From Podarcis melisellensis (taxonomy: Eukaryota): 64,000 nt of DNA. A program made the position numbers and the translations under genes. Below the pieces are notes generated by a model. It searched no databases and had not been told where the DNA came from. It saw only the letters and a program-made list of their open reading frames with translations. Every line of letters starts with the position of its first letter. The first letter of the stretch is position 1. Shown one piece after another: positions 63,621-64,000 of this stretch. The stretch lies in the NCBI GenBank assembly GCA_964234715.1, contig OZ174276.1. One strand, 5' to 3'.

Positions 63621-64000
63621 AGCCGCCCATGGTAGCTGGGGACGAACAGCTCCAACCCAAACCCACACTTGCCTCGTAAGTGGGAGAGCAGAACTAATTC
63701 ATGCTCAGGGCAAGATGCTGCCATTCTCTCCCTACTGTGTGCTATAGTGTACGAAACTAGCCTTGGACCTTCTGCAGAAAACTGGTTAGAGGACACAAGC
63801 TTAGCTCAAGAGTCCATCTGGTTTAGCACTCCCTTTGCCTCCCACAAAGCTGAACCCGATGTCCCTGTGAAGCTTAGAGGCTGAGCAACGTTTCTTGTTG
63901 TTTGCCCCAGTATCTGGTATAAAGTCATATATTGTCTCTGAACATGGAGGTAGCATTTAGCTGTGATGGCTGATAAACCTGCTTTCCAGCCATGATACAG

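Noticed and set aside
1-64000. CRISPR arrays, operons or prokaryotic defence systems
   Set aside because: The sequence is vertebrate genomic DNA with no regularly spaced repeat-spacer structure or dense ORF organisation.

Overview
Eukaryotic, intron-rich DNA from a squamate reptile. The Sauria SINE and the L2/CR1/MITE complement point to a lacertid-like lizard (inference). Bases 1-~14 kb hold the 3' end of CSNK1A1 (casein kinase I alpha, + strand): a 107-nt exon, a penultimate exon cut by an N-gap, an ~11-kb last intron, and the terminal 'GF*' exon with a long 3'UTR. About 43 kb further on, on the - strand and convergent with CSNK1A1, lies the miR-143/miR-145 cluster, with all four mature arms matching the canonical sequences. 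This is the same arrangement as the human CSNK1A1-CARMN/MIR143/145 locus. Mobile DNA includes a young, internally deleted Chapaev3 (CMC) transposon with TIRs and a TTA TSD, an old hAT transposase fossil in the CSNK1A1 intron, L2/CR1/L1 fragments, SINEs and many MITEs. Most ORFs in the supplied track are spurious. I see no clearly new multi-gene system. The best leads are (i) two candidate small cassette exons that would switch the CK1alpha C-terminus or trigger NMD, (ii) a duplicated E-box/GATA module and two CArG boxes upstream of miR-143, (iii) the Chapaev3 copy as a horizontal-transfer candidate, and (iv) a pre-miRNA-sized hairpin at ~39.4 kb.
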